64,000 bases of DNA from Octopus vulgaris (lineage: Eukaryota), in the NCBI GenBank assembly GCA_951406725.2, contig OX597815.1, positions 123,566,001 through 123,630,000 of the forward strand. Reading direction: 5' to 3'. A model generated the notes under the pieces. It was not told the DNA's origin, did no database searches, and worked only from the letters and a program-made list of their open reading frames with translations. Both the position numbers and the translations under genes were made by a program. The stretch's first letter is position 1. The number at the start of each line of letters is the position of its first letter. Below, piece after piece: positions 63,936 through 64,000 of this stretch.

Positions 63936-64000
63936 TGACTGCCTTGTTTCAGCCATAAACTAGTCTCTACTGCAAATCAGATGTTATGAATTTGTCAGTT

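Overview
AT-rich eukaryotic genomic DNA, most likely an octopus/coleoid cephalopod (inferred from recognisable tRNA-derived SINE and RTE repeat families; not confirmed by search). The window holds one complete 12-exon minus-strand gene, CASC3 (Barentsz/MLN51, exon-junction-complex core), assembled by hand from GT-AG sites with consistent phases (57078->12745; 3141 nt CDS, about 1046 aa). Downstream of it, also on the minus strand, lies the first coding exon of NDUFB3 (complex I B12 subunit, 5503->5385), which the ORF track misses. The rest is intron/intergenic DNA crowded with mostly dead transposons: mariners, hAT and piggyBac-type MITEs, Helitron/HINE-like elements, RTE, Jockey/CR1-like LINE remnants and several SINE families. 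The most unusual signals are: (i) a 22-copy RD[Y/H]GDNR heptad repeat inserted in CASC3 after the SELOR/Btz domain; (ii) two unrelated ~400-bp intronic palindromes whose arms each carry Penelope-type minimal hammerhead-ribozyme motifs, one joined to a tRNA-derived segment; (iii) a consensus-like alternative donor that would place a stop codon directly after the SELOR domain of this NMD-linked factor.
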